Below, piece after piece: positions 1 through 9,090 of a DNA stretch of 42,825 bases; the first letter of the stretch is position 1; each line of letters starts with the position of its first letter. Both the position numbers and the translations under genes were made by a program. Below the pieces are notes generated by a model. That model searched no databases, was not told the origin of the DNA, and saw only the letters and a program-made list of their open reading frames with translations. The DNA comes from an uncultured Burkholderiales bacterium. Lineage in GTDB: Bacteria; Pseudomonadota; Gammaproteobacteria; Burkholderiales; Burkholderiaceae_C. The stretch lies in the NCBI GenBank assembly GCA_903952885.1, contig CAJBHE010000189.1:1-42825 (forward strand). The letters are read 5' to 3'.

Positions 1-1977
1 CTCGCTGCCCACGCAGGTTTTGACTGTGCGCAAAGCTTTGGCATAGGCGTGGCCGCTGGGCATACCAATGTCTTTCCACACATTGACGAGGTCTTCTTTC
101 TTCACACCTAGCAAGTCAATCCGTTGACCACCCGTGACCTTGACGGTGGGGATCTTGTACTTGTCAACCACGTCGGCAATACGGCGCAATTCGTCGGCGG
201 TGGTCTCGCCGCCCCACATGCGTGGGATGACGCTGTAGGTACCGTCCTTTTGGATGTTAGCGTGGCTGCGTTCGTTGATGAGGCGGCTTTGCGGGTCGTC
301 CAAGGCTTCTTTAGGCCAGCTGCTCATGCGGTAATAGTTGATGGCAGGACGGCACGTGGCGCAGCCTGTGGCTTTGGTGTCCGGGCTTGGTTTTTTCCAA
401 TTCAAAAATTCAAACACTGACTCGTTGGTCAACAGCTTGTTCTGCGAAATTGCGTCGCGCACTTCTTGGTGGCTGTGCTCTGTGCAACCGCAGATGGCTT
501 TTTTCTTCGGCGTGGCCGAGTAGTCGCCGCCCGCAGTGAACATCAAAATTTGTTCGACCAGGCCTGTGCATGAGCCGCACGAGGCGCTGGCTTTTGTGTG
601 TTTGCGAACCTCATCCAAAGTGAACAAACCTTTGTCTTTAATGGCTTTGCAAATCGCGCCTTTTTTCACACCGTTGCAACCGCACACCTCGGCATCGTCG
701 GGCATACTGACGGCTTTGCTGTGACCTTCATGGCCCACGTCGCCAATGTTGGATTCACCAAACATCAGCTTCTCGCGAATGTCCGCCACACTGCGGCCAT
801 CGCGCAGCAGCTTGAAATACCAGCTGCCGTCCACGGTGTCACCGTACAAACACGCACCCACCAATTGGTCGTTACGGATGACGAGTTTTTTGTATACGCC
901 TTCGTGCGGGTCGCTCAACACAATATCTTCGGTGCTGCCATCGTCACTGCCCATGAAGTCACCTGCGCTGAACAAATCGATGCCAGTGACTTTGAGCTTA
1001 GTTGAGGTTAGCGAGCCGGTGTAGCGGCCAATACCAAACTCGGCCAAATGGTTGGCCAATACCTTGCCTTGTTCAAACAAGGGTGCCACCAAACCATAGG
1101 CAATTCCACGATGGGCAGCACATTCGCCCACAGCATAAATGCGCGGGTCTGTGACGGTTTGCAGCGTGTCGCTGACCACAATGCCCCGCTCGCAGTGAAG
1201 GTTCATTTTTTCGGCCAATGCTGTGTTGGGGCGAATGCCCACGGCCATCACTACCAACTCAGCGGGAACATGCGAGCCGTCTTTGAACAAGACCGACGCT
1301 ACGCGCCCGTTTTTGTCAGCTTGCAATTCTTGGGTGTGTGCCTGCATGCGGAACTGCATGCCGCGTTCTTCGAGTGAGCGTTGCAACAAGCCGCCTGCGA
1401 CTTTGTCGAGCTGCCGTTCCATTAACCATTCGCCGACGTGCACCACAGTGACGCTCATGCCGCGTTTCATCAAACCATTGGCGGCTTCTAGACCCAGCAA
1501 ACCGCCGCCAATCACCACCGCGTGTTTGTATTTCTTGGTGGCATCAATCATGGCCTGTGTATCGGCGATGTCGCGGTAGGCCAGAACGCCGTCTAGCTCT
1601 CGACCTGGTATCGGAAGCATGAAGGGGTTAGAGCCGGTGGCCAAAATCAAGCGGTCATATGGTGCACTTTGAACTTCGCCTGCGGCGTTGGTGGCATGCA
1701 CCACGCGCTTGACGCGGTCCACCTCGGTCACAGTCCAGCTGGTGTGAAGCGTGATGTGGTTGTCTGTGTACCAGTCGATTGGGTTGAGGATGATTTCATC
1801 CAAGGTTTGCTCACCCGCCAACACCGGCGACAACAAGATTCGGTTGTAGTTGGGGTGGGGTTCAGAGCCAAAGACCGTCATGTCGTAAAGATCGGGCGTA
1901 AGTTTGATGAGCTCTTCGAGGGTGCGCACGCCGGCCATGCCGTTGCCCACCATCACGAGTTTGAGTTTTTGCGTCAT
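1..1977 (-). CDS. nirB: Assimilatory NAD(P)H nitrite reductase large subunit (partial, runs off the left edge)
   Basis: Not in the ORF track. Manual translation from ATG at 1977 gives MTQKLKLVMVGNGMAGVRTLEEL...PNYNRILLSPVLAG, the VIGGGLLGLEAA NAD-binding motif and the BFD-like CGCNGV and CGSCTG motifs; lies downstream of a nitrate ABC transporter. Confidence 0.95.
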   Translation of the reverse strand, partial: MTQKLKLVMVGNGMAGVRTLEELIKLTPDLYDMTVFGSEPHPNYNRILLSPVLAGEQTLDEIILNPIDWYTDNHITLHTSWTVTEVDRVKRVVHATNAAGEVQSAPYDRLILATGSNPFMLPIPGRELDGVLAYRDIADTQAMIDATKKYKHAVVIGGGLLGLEAANGLMKRGMSVTVVHVGEWLMERQLDKVAGGLLQRSLEERGMQFRMQAHTQELQADKNGRVASVLFKDGSHVPAELVVMAVGIRPNTALAEKMNLHCERGIVVSDTLQTVTDPRIYAVGECAAHRGIAYGLVAPLFEQGKVLANHLAEFGIGRYTGSLTSTKLKVTGIDLFSAGDFMGSDDGSTEDIVLSDPHEGVYKKLVIRNDQLVGACLYGDTVDGSWYFKLLRDGRSVADIREKLMFGESNIGDVGHEGHSKAVSMPDDAEVCGCNGVKKGAICKAIKDKGLFTLDEVRKHTKASASCGSCTGLVEQILMFTAGGDYSATPKKKAICGCTEHSHQEVRDAISQNKLLTNESVFEFLNWKKPSPDTKATGCATCRPAINYYRMSSWPKEALDDPQSRLINERSHANIQKDGTYSVIPRMWGGETTADELRRIADVVDKYKIPTVKVTGGQRIDLLGVKKEDLVNVWKDIGMPSGHAYAKALRTVKTCVGSE

Positions 1978-1987
1978 GCGATGCTCC

Positions 1988-2821
1988 TCAATTTTTCTCA
2001 ACGTGCGCTTGGCGCGTATATAAAAAGTCAATCACAGCTTTTCGATATTGCAAATAAGCTGGGTCGTCCGCGAGCGTTACACGTGAGCGAGGGCGGGGCA
2101 GATCGACTCTCAGTATTTCGCCGATGGTGGCGGCAGGTCCGTTGGTCAGCATTACTATCTTGTCGGACAGCAAAACGGCTTCGTCCACATCGTGCGTCAC
2201 CATGACCACCGTGCTTTGGGTGTTGGCCACAATTGCTAGCAACTCGTCTTGCAGCTTGGCTCGGGTCAATGCATCCAAGGCGCCAAACGGCTCGTCCATC
2301 AACAATACTTGCGGCTCCATTGCCAAGGCGCGTGCAATGCCCACACGTTGCTTCATTCCGCCTGAGATTTCGCCAGGTCGTTTGAAGGCCGCGTGGCTCA
2401 GGCTCACCATCTCTAAGGCCGCATGTGTGCGGGCGGTCAGTTGGGCTTTGTCTTCTTTGGGTTTACCGTCCACGACACCGCTTTGTCCGAACACGCGTTC
2501 CACACCGAGGTAGACGTTTTCAAAGCAGGTGAGCCAAGGGAGCAACGAGTGGTTTTGAAATACAACCGCACGCTCGGGGCCTGGGCCTGCGATTTCGCGG
2601 TTGGCGCAAATCAAATGGCCTTCAGTCGGCATGGTCAAGCCAGCAATCAGGTTAAGTAAGGTGGACTTTCCGCAGCCTGAGTGGCCAATGAGGGTTACAA
2701 ACTCGCCTTTACTCACATTCAGGTCGATGTTGCGCAGGGCAGGGAAATCGCCCTTGGCTGTTTTAAAGGTTTGGGCCACTCCCTGAATTTGCAAATACTT
2801 GCTGGTCAACGATGAGTTCAT
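1988..2821 (-). CDS. Nitrate ABC transporter ATP-binding protein (NrtC/D, NasD type)
   Basis: GHSGCGKST Walker A, ISGGMKQRV signature, LLMDEPFGALD Walker B. Confidence 0.93.
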   Translation of the reverse strand: MNSSLTSKYLQIQGVAQTFKTAKGDFPALRNIDLNVSKGEFVTLIGHSGCGKSTLLNLIAGLTMPTEGHLICANREIAGPGPERAVVFQNHSLLPWLTCFENVYLGVERVFGQSGVVDGKPKEDKAQLTARTHAALEMVSLSHAAFKRPGEISGGMKQRVGIARALAMEPQVLLMDEPFGALDALTRAKLQDELLAIVANTQSTVVMVTHDVDEAVLLSDKIVMLTNGPAATIGEILRVDLPRPRSRVTLADDPAYLQYRKAVIDFLYTRQAHVEKN

Positions 2822-3609
2822 GACTGCACCTCTTCAAATGTGAATGCTGTAGCGAGTTTGATGAGGGCGTATTCCAATACCAAACCAACGACACCAATCA
2901 CGAAGATGGCGATGATGATATTTTTCACGTTCAAGTTGTTCCACTCGTCCCACACCCAAAAGCCAATGCCCACGCCGCCTGTCAGCATCTCTGCGGCGAC
3001 GATGACCAACCATGCCGTACCTACAGCCAATCGCACGCCAGTCAACATGTAGGGCAATACAGCAGGAAACAAAATCTTGCTGACGATCTTCCACTCGGAG
3101 AGATTGAGCACACGCGCTACGTTCATGTAGTCTTGTGGCACACGTTGCACACCCACCGCCGTGTTGATGACCATAGGCCAAATGGAGCAAATGAAGATGG
3201 TCCAAATGGCCGCTGGGTTAGCGCCTTTAAACACCAACAAACCAATCGGTAACCAAGCCAACGGTGACACAGGACGCAACAAGCTGATGAGCGGATTGAA
3301 CATGCGTGACAAAAATTCGAAGCGCCCAATTAAGAACCCCAATGGAATACCCATCAAGGCGGCGAGACCAAAGCCCAGTGCCACGCGCTTTAAAGAACTC
3401 CACACGTTCCAACCCACTCCTTGGTCGTTGGGGCCATTGTTGTAAAAAGGGTTGCTGAATACATCCACGGCTTGCCAGAAAGTGTCGGTAGGGTTGGGAA
3501 AGTTGTTGGTACTGGTGATGGACACCAGCGACCAAATGCCCACCAGTAATGCCAAGCCCATGAGGGGTGGCACCACGTGTGATGAGAAATTTTTCAAAGA
3601 GGTGGGCAT
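2818..3609 (-). CDS. nrtB: Nitrate ABC transporter permease
   Basis: PFY..GPNDQGVGW, LRPVSPLAWLPI and GIGFWVWDEWNNL motifs typical of NrtB/NasE. Confidence 0.93.
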   Translation of the reverse strand: MPTSLKNFSSHVVPPLMGLALLVGIWSLVSITSTNNFPNPTDTFWQAVDVFSNPFYNNGPNDQGVGWNVWSSLKRVALGFGLAALMGIPLGFLIGRFEFLSRMFNPLISLLRPVSPLAWLPIGLLVFKGANPAAIWTIFICSIWPMVINTAVGVQRVPQDYMNVARVLNLSEWKIVSKILFPAVLPYMLTGVRLAVGTAWLVIVAAEMLTGGVGIGFWVWDEWNNLNVKNIIIAIFVIGVVGLVLEYALIKLATAFTFEEVQS

Positions 3610-3618
3610 GAAATACCT

Positions 3619-4863
3619 TTAAGCGTGAATCTTGAAACTGTCGGCATATTTCGCAGGGTCTTTGCCGTCCCACACCACGCCGTCCATTAACTTGCTGCTA
3701 CGCATGTCACTCTTGGGTACGGGTGTTTTGCTGGCGGCTGCAGCTTGTTTGAAGATGTCGATCTGGTTGATTTCTTTTGCCACCTTCAAATAGTCAGGGT
3801 GGTCTTTGAGCAAGCCCCAGCGCTTGTGCTGTGTCAGGAACCACATGCCGTCTGACAAGTAGGGGTAGTTGGCCGTGCCATCGTTGAAAAACTTCATGTG
3901 GTTGGGGTCGTCCCAGGTCTTGCCCAAACCGTTTTGGTAACGGCCCAAGATGCGTTGGTTGATCACATCCACGCTGGTGTTCACATAGGCTTTGTCGGCA
4001 ATGGTTTCAGCCATCTTCATTTTGTTTTGCAAGCCTGCGTCAATCCACTTGCCAGCTTCCAAGATGGCCGCCGTCACAGCGCGTGCGGTGTTAGGGTATT
4101 TTTTGACGAAGTCGCTCGTTGTGCCCAACACTTTTTCGGGGTGGTCACGCCAAATGTCCTGCGTGGTAGTGGCGGTGATACCAATGCCATCGGCAATCGC
4201 ACGGTGGCCCCAAGGCTCGCCCACACAGTAGCCGTCCATGTTCCCCACGCGCATGTTGGCCACCATTTGAGGAGGGGGAACTGTAATGACCTTGGCGTCT
4301 TTGAGTGGGTTCACTCCCACGCTGGCTAACCAGTAATACAGCCACATCGCATGTGTGCCGGTAGGGAAGGTTTGTGCAAACGTGTATTCGCGTTTTTCGG
4401 TAGCCATTAGTTTGGCGAGGCTAGCTGCATCAACCGCGCCTTTGTCTGCCAGCTTTTTGGACAGGGTGATAGCTTGGCCGTTTTGGTTCAAGCTCATCAA
4501 CACGGCCATGTCTTTCTTGGGGCCTGCCGTACCCATGTGTACGCCGTAAATCAGTCCATACAAAGCGTGTGCAAAGTCAAGTTCACCGTTGACCAGTTTG
4601 TCGCGCACACCAGCCCAGCTGGACTCTTTAGAAGGGATGATCTTCACGCCGTACTTTTTATCGATGCCAAGCACTGAAGCCATCACGACGCTCGCGCAAT
4701 CGGTGAGGGGAATGAAGCCGATCTTGACTTCTTCTTTTTCTGGCTTGTCCGAACCTTGTGCGTACACCGCGGCACGCAAGGCGGGCGCGATGGTGAGTGC
4801 ACCTGCAGTGGCGGCTTGCAAAATGTTGCGGCGGCTCATGGGGGTCTCCAAAAGTTTCGTCAT
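3619..4863 (-). CDS. nrtA: Nitrate ABC transporter substrate-binding protein (CmpA/NrtA/NasF family)
   Basis: Tat signal SRRNIL; GFIPLTDCA, TFPTGTH, PPPQMVANM, GEPW and HPEKV motifs. Confidence 0.93.
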   Translation of the reverse strand: MTKLLETPMSRRNILQAATAGALTIAPALRAAVYAQGSDKPEKEEVKIGFIPLTDCASVVMASVLGIDKKYGVKIIPSKESSWAGVRDKLVNGELDFAHALYGLIYGVHMGTAGPKKDMAVLMSLNQNGQAITLSKKLADKGAVDAASLAKLMATEKREYTFAQTFPTGTHAMWLYYWLASVGVNPLKDAKVITVPPPQMVANMRVGNMDGYCVGEPWGHRAIADGIGITATTTQDIWRDHPEKVLGTTSDFVKKYPNTARAVTAAILEAGKWIDAGLQNKMKMAETIADKAYVNTSVDVINQRILGRYQNGLGKTWDDPNHMKFFNDGTANYPYLSDGMWFLTQHKRWGLLKDHPDYLKVAKEINQIDIFKQAAAASKTPVPKSDMRSSKLMDGVVWDGKDPAKYADSFKIHA

Positions 4864-4892
4864 GACATCACTCCTATGTAAAAAACTGAGGT

Positions 4893-4973
4893 AGAAACGA
4901 CAAAGGCGTCCTCACCGCATGCACATGAATTGCATGGGTGGGGACGCCTTTGTCCTTGAACCGTCATTGGTTC
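4893..4973 (-). promoter_or_regulatory. ANTAR-target leader RNA (dual hexaloop hairpins overlapping an intrinsic terminator)
   Basis: Minus strand: GAACC-AATGAC-GGTTC (4958-4973) and GGAC-AAAGGC-GTCC (4942-4955), both loops with A1/G4. The second hairpin overlaps terminator stem GACAAAGGCGTCC...GGACGCCTTTGTC (4899-4954). Confidence 0.9.
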
Positions 4974-4986
4974 TTAACTTTGGACT

Positions 4987-5002
4987 TGCAATAGCTGTGC
5001 CA
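4987..5002 (-). promoter_or_regulatory. Sigma54 (-24/-12) promoter of the nitrate assimilation operon
   Basis: TGGCAC-AGCTA-TTGCA, exact match to TGGCAC-N5-TTGCW. Confidence 0.9.
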
Positions 5003-5031
5003 GCGTTCTAGGGTTCTCCCGAATGAATTTC

Positions 5032-5089
5032 GCCCCAAGCTGGGGCGTTTGAATGAAACTGCACCAAGAGAGGCGCACCAAACTAGGAC
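5032..5089. promoter_or_regulatory. Putative NtrC binding sites
   Basis: GCCCC-N5-GGGGC (5032-5046) and two GCACCAA half-sites (5061, 5075) upstream of the sigma54 promoter. Confidence 0.55.
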
Positions 5090-5706
5090 AGTAGCGCTGC
5101 CATGTCAAGAGTGCGCTGAGCGACTTCGCCCATCTTCAAACCCTTGTCCATTGCTATTTTGCGAAGTTTGGTGAAAGCGTCTTTTTCGCTTAATCCTTGA
5201 CGCTCCATCAATAATGCTTTGGCGCGATCAACCAGTGTGCGTTCTTGCAACGCATTGCGGGCATCGTCGCGCTCATCGCGTAAGCGCTCTTCGTATTCAA
5301 AGCGAGCCATAGCTACATCGAGGATAGGACGTATGCGGGCGCTTGAGAGTCCGTCCACGATGTAGGCGGAGACGCCGACAGCCACTGCGTCGCGCACGTG
5401 CGTGGTGTCGCTGTCGTCGGTGAAAAGCACGATGGGGCGGCGTGCATCGCGGGTGGCGAACACCACGTGCTCTAGAGCATCACGCGCTTCAGACTCGGCG
5501 TCCACAATAATGAGGTCGGGCTGCAGTTGATGAATGCGCTCGGCCAAAAACACATCGGCCGGCAATGAGGCAATTAGATTAAATCCGCTTTCTAGCAGCC
5601 CTATTCGCAGTGCTCTAGAGCGTTCAGCTTGTGAAATCGCGTGATCATCATTCTGGTCTTGGACATCTAAGTCAGGAACCACAACAACAATTTTTAAAGC
5701 AGTCAT
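5083..5706 (-). CDS. nasT: ANTAR-domain antiterminator (receiver-like + ANTAR)
   Basis: QPDLIIVDAES..RD receiver-like region; ERTLVDRAKALLM...LSEKDAF.KLRKIAMD ANTAR domain. ATG at 5706 preferred over the upstream TTG. Confidence 0.9.
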   Translation of the reverse strand: MTALKIVVVVPDLDVQDQNDDHAISQAERSRALRIGLLESGFNLIASLPADVFLAERIHQLQPDLIIVDAESEARDALEHVVFATRDARRPIVLFTDDSDTTHVRDAVAVGVSAYIVDGLSSARIRPILDVAMARFEYEERLRDERDDARNALQERTLVDRAKALLMERQGLSEKDAFTKLRKIAMDKGLKMGEVAQRTLDMAALLS

Positions 5707-5759
5707 TTTTAAGGTGCGAGTCTTTTTAATCAGCAAAATTGCTCAGTTCATTCGATACA

Positions 5760-5775
5760 CGCAAATATCAAGCCA
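5760..5775 (-). promoter_or_regulatory. Putative sigma54 promoter of nasT
   Basis: TGGCTT-GATAT-TTGCG (GG-N10-GC). Confidence 0.65.
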
Positions 5776-5836
5776 TTATTTTGAATTGTCAATGCAACTG
5801 CATAAATGCTGGCAGGTGAATAGGAAAAAGCGCCTG

Positions 5837-5851
5837 GCACCTGCCAGGTGC
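5837..5851. promoter_or_regulatory. NtrC box between divergent sigma54 promoters
   Basis: GCACC-TGCCA-GGTGC matches GCACC-N5-GGTGC. Confidence 0.65.
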
Positions 5852-5856
5852 GCAAG

Positions 5857-5872
5857 CGGCACGATACGTGCT
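5857..5872 (+). promoter_or_regulatory. Putative sigma54 promoter of the ATP-grasp/Anbu operon
   Basis: CGGCAC-GATAC-GTGCT (GG-N10-GC), ending 38 nt upstream of the ATG. Confidence 0.7.
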
Positions 5873-5910
5873 TAAAGAAAGAACCCCTTAGTTGAAAACG
5901 CGGAGTTCTG

Positions 5911-7332
5911 ATGTGCAACCCAATATTTAATGAGATGAGCGATGCACAGGGCAACGCCCGCCCGCATTACCAAGCCTTTGACAGCTGGTTAAAAGGCGTG
6001 TCGACAGATACCGTGCAGATCAAGCAGACCGAGGCCGACCTGATCTTCAGGCGCACCGGCATCACGTTTTCACTCAACGGCGATGAAGGTGGCACCGAGC
6101 GACTGATACCCTCAGACCTGATACCCCGCATCATCCACGGCAAAGAATGGGTGCACCTGGAAAAAGGTCTTATGCAACGCGTAAAAGCACTCAATATGTT
6201 TTTGCACGATGTCTATCACGAGCAACGGATTTTGAAAGCAGGCTTGATTCCCGCCGAACAAGTGCTGGCCAATGCCCAGTTCATGCCATTAATGCTAGGT
6301 TTGGATTTGCCGCACCAGATCTATGCGCACATCGCTGGTGTGGACATTGTGCGGCATTCAGACGGTGATTTTTACGTTTTGGAAGACAACTTGCGAGTGC
6401 CTTCTGGTGTGTCTTACATGTTGAGCAATCGCTTGTTAATGATGCGCTTATTCCCCGATTTGTTCCGTCGCTATGCGGTGCGCCCGGTCGAGCATTACCC
6501 GGCGTTGCTGTTGCAAACCTTGCGCTCGGCCAGTTGGGCGGACCAGCCCACAGTTGTTCTGCACACGCCGGGGCGTTTCAATAGTGCGTATTTCGAACAT
6601 GCATTTTTGGCTAAGCAAATGGGTATAGAACTCGTCGAAGGTTCGGACCTGTTTGTGCGCCAAGGCCATGTATATATGCAAACTACCGAAGGTCCGCAGC
6701 AAGTCGATGTCATCTATCGCAGAGTCGATGATTTGTACATGGATCCACTGAGTTTTGCACCAGATTCACTCATAGGTGTACCCGGTTTGGCATCTGTATA
6801 CCGCCAGGGCAATGTGATCATCGCTAACGCACTTGGCACAGGCGTGGCGGATGACAAATCCATTTACCCCTATGTGCCAGACATGATCCGCTTTTACCTG
6901 GATGAAACGCCGATATTGAACAACGTGCAAACCTGGCAATGCCGCAAGCCAGACGAGCTGTCTTACGTGTTGGCGAATCTGGCGCAACTTGTCGTCAAAG
7001 AAGTACACGGCGCAGGGGGCTATGGCATGCTGGTCGGTCCCACCGCAAGTAAATCGGAAATAGAGATTTTTGCTAAACGCCTTAAAGCGCAACCGGACAA
7101 CTACATCGCTCAGCCCACGCTCAGTTTGTCCGCCTGCCCGATTTTTGTAGATCAGGGCATTGCGCCGCGCCACATCGATTTGCGCCCCTTTGTGCTTATG
7201 GGCAAGGACACACGTATCGTGCCTGGCGGTCTGACGCGCGTCGCTTTGCGCGAGGGCTCGCTGGTGGTCAATTCATCCCAAGGCGGTGGCACCAAAGACA
7301 CCTGGGTGTTGGAAGATGAGGAGGCGCTCTAA
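5911..7332 (+). CDS. Circularly permuted type 2 ATP-grasp protein
   Basis: VLEDNLRVPSGVSY, NSAYFEH, DVIYRRVDD, GTGVADDK, RHIDLRPF, PGGLTRVAL and VVNSSQGGGTKDTWV motifs. Confidence 0.93.
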   Translation: MCNPIFNEMSDAQGNARPHYQAFDSWLKGVSTDTVQIKQTEADLIFRRTGITFSLNGDEGGTERLIPSDLIPRIIHGKEWVHLEKGLMQRVKALNMFLHDVYHEQRILKAGLIPAEQVLANAQFMPLMLGLDLPHQIYAHIAGVDIVRHSDGDFYVLEDNLRVPSGVSYMLSNRLLMMRLFPDLFRRYAVRPVEHYPALLLQTLRSASWADQPTVVLHTPGRFNSAYFEHAFLAKQMGIELVEGSDLFVRQGHVYMQTTEGPQQVDVIYRRVDDLYMDPLSFAPDSLIGVPGLASVYRQGNVIIANALGTGVADDKSIYPYVPDMIRFYLDETPILNNVQTWQCRKPDELSYVLANLAQLVVKEVHGAGGYGMLVGPTASKSEIEIFAKRLKAQPDNYIAQPTLSLSACPIFVDQGIAPRHIDLRPFVLMGKDTRIVPGGLTRVALREGSLVVNSSQGGGTKDTWVLEDEEAL

Positions 7333-8282
7333 TGCTGTCAAGAGTAGCCGCTCAACTTTATTGGCTTTCGCGTTATCTGGAGCGTGCCGAAAATATGGCT
7401 CGTATCTTGGAAGTAGGTCAATCACTGGCTTTGCTGTCTACGTCCGACAGCAGCAGCGCCGCGGCGGAGATGGTGAGCGAGCCGCTGGTCATCACCGATA
7501 CGTTGGCAGCGTTCGAAGCTAAAGGCCGGCCAATACGATCGGACCAAGTGGCACAGTTTCTGGCATGGGACCCAGATCACCCATCTTCTATTTTTAATTG
7601 CATACAGTCTTGCCGCGAAAACGCGCGCTCAGTGCGAGGCGCCTTGACGGTGGAAATGTGGGAATGCATCAACGACACCTGGCTGGAGTTGCTTTCGCGT
7701 AAAAAGAAAATCAACGGCTCTGATCATTCGGTGGATTCCACCTTTTTTGAATGGATCAAGCAGCGCTCTCACTTATTCAGGGGGGTGACCTTTGCAACGA
7801 TTCAGCGTGACCAGCCCTATCACTTCATCCGACTGGGCACATACCTAGAGCGCGCCGACAATACCGCGCGCATACTGAGTGTTAAAACACAAGTTAAACA
7901 TGCCGAAAGCAACGACTTGGTTGATGACTATTACCGTCTAGGGGCGGTGTTGCGTTCAGTCAGTGCGCTGGAAGCCTACCGCGACACCTACCGCGACGCC
8001 ATAGATGCAGACCGAGTGTCCGAATTGCTCATCTTCAATCCACGCGTGCCGCGCTCTCTGCATTTTTGTTTGGACGAAACTGCCTACATACTGGAGCAAT
8101 TGCCAAAGCAAACCGGTCGTGAGGCTCGCAAACGCTGCGCGAACCTCTTGACCAATTTGAAATTTGGCAGCTTGAGCGAGGTCTACAACAGCGGTTTGGA
8201 AAACTACCTAGAGCAGTTTGTCAAAGAAAATATTGCACTGGCCCATGCGGTGCAAACCGATTACCTGGAGTCCATCGCATGA
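7332..8282 (+). CDS. Alpha-E domain protein (DUF403)
   Basis: MLSRVA..LYWLSRYLERAEN, RENARSVR and LGTYLERAD ER motifs. Confidence 0.92.
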   Translation: MLSRVAAQLYWLSRYLERAENMARILEVGQSLALLSTSDSSSAAAEMVSEPLVITDTLAAFEAKGRPIRSDQVAQFLAWDPDHPSSIFNCIQSCRENARSVRGALTVEMWECINDTWLELLSRKKKINGSDHSVDSTFFEWIKQRSHLFRGVTFATIQRDQPYHFIRLGTYLERADNTARILSVKTQVKHAESNDLVDDYYRLGAVLRSVSALEAYRDTYRDAIDADRVSELLIFNPRVPRSLHFCLDETAYILEQLPKQTGREARKRCANLLTNLKFGSLSEVYNSGLENYLEQFVKENIALAHAVQTDYLESIA

Positions 8283-9082
8283 AATTACAGGTATTTCACG
8301 AAACCAGTTATCGCTACGAGCAGCCTGTGCGCCGCAGCATCCAAATGCTGCGCATGACTCCGGCTGAAACACAGCGCCAAAAAGTGTTGAACTGGCAGCT
8401 GGATCTGCCGGGCAAAGCTACTCACTGGACAGACGCCTTCGGTAATCTCTGCCATTGCCTGGTGTTAGAAAACGCCAGCCAAGACATTGTGTTGCGCGCG
8501 AGCGGAAGTGTTGATTTGACCGAGTCTGATCAAGGCGAGCCCGAGGGCCCGGTGCCGCATGCCGTGTATCTTCGCTGCACTACGCTGACCCAAGTAGATG
8601 CGCCGATTAGGAACTTTATCGAACCCTTCCGCCCAACGGTCAAGTCACGACCCTACATAGCTTTGCATGATGTGATGTTGGCTTTGTTGGAGCGCATGCC
8701 TTACGAGACAGGTATCACGCACGTGGGGGATTCCGCGTCGGAGTCATTTGCAAAGGGTAAGGGTGTGTGTCAGGACCACACGCATGTGTTTCTTGCATGC
8801 GCGCGCTTTCTTGGAATACCGGCTCGCTACGTCAGCGGTTATTTGCATTCGGCGCAAAACGAGCAAGTTGCTAGTCACGCATGGGCCGAGGCCTGGGTGG
8901 GCGGACGCTGGATAGGCTATGACGTCAGCAACTCGAGTGACGCAGATAGAGGGCATATTCGTTTGGCACATGGCCTTGACTATGAAGACGCTAGTCCAGT
9001 CCGCGGCATGCGTATTGGCGGCGGTAATGAAACCATGCACATTTTTGCAAAAGTAGAATCCGCTATCTACGATCAGCAATAA
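8279..9082 (+). CDS. Transglutaminase-like protein
   Basis: GVCQDHTH, ARYVSGY, SHAWAE and GYD give the Cys-His-Asp triad. Confidence 0.92.
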   Translation: MKLQVFHETSYRYEQPVRRSIQMLRMTPAETQRQKVLNWQLDLPGKATHWTDAFGNLCHCLVLENASQDIVLRASGSVDLTESDQGEPEGPVPHAVYLRCTTLTQVDAPIRNFIEPFRPTVKSRPYIALHDVMLALLERMPYETGITHVGDSASESFAKGKGVCQDHTHVFLACARFLGIPARYVSGYLHSAQNEQVASHAWAEAWVGGRWIGYDVSNSSDADRGHIRLAHGLDYEDASPVRGMRIGGGNETMHIFAKVESAIYDQQ

Positions 9083-9090
9083 GGCAAGGC

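Noticed and set aside
124-2205. Several plus-strand ORFs at the window start
   Set aside because: Shadow frames of nirB, which the track misses because it is truncated by the window edge
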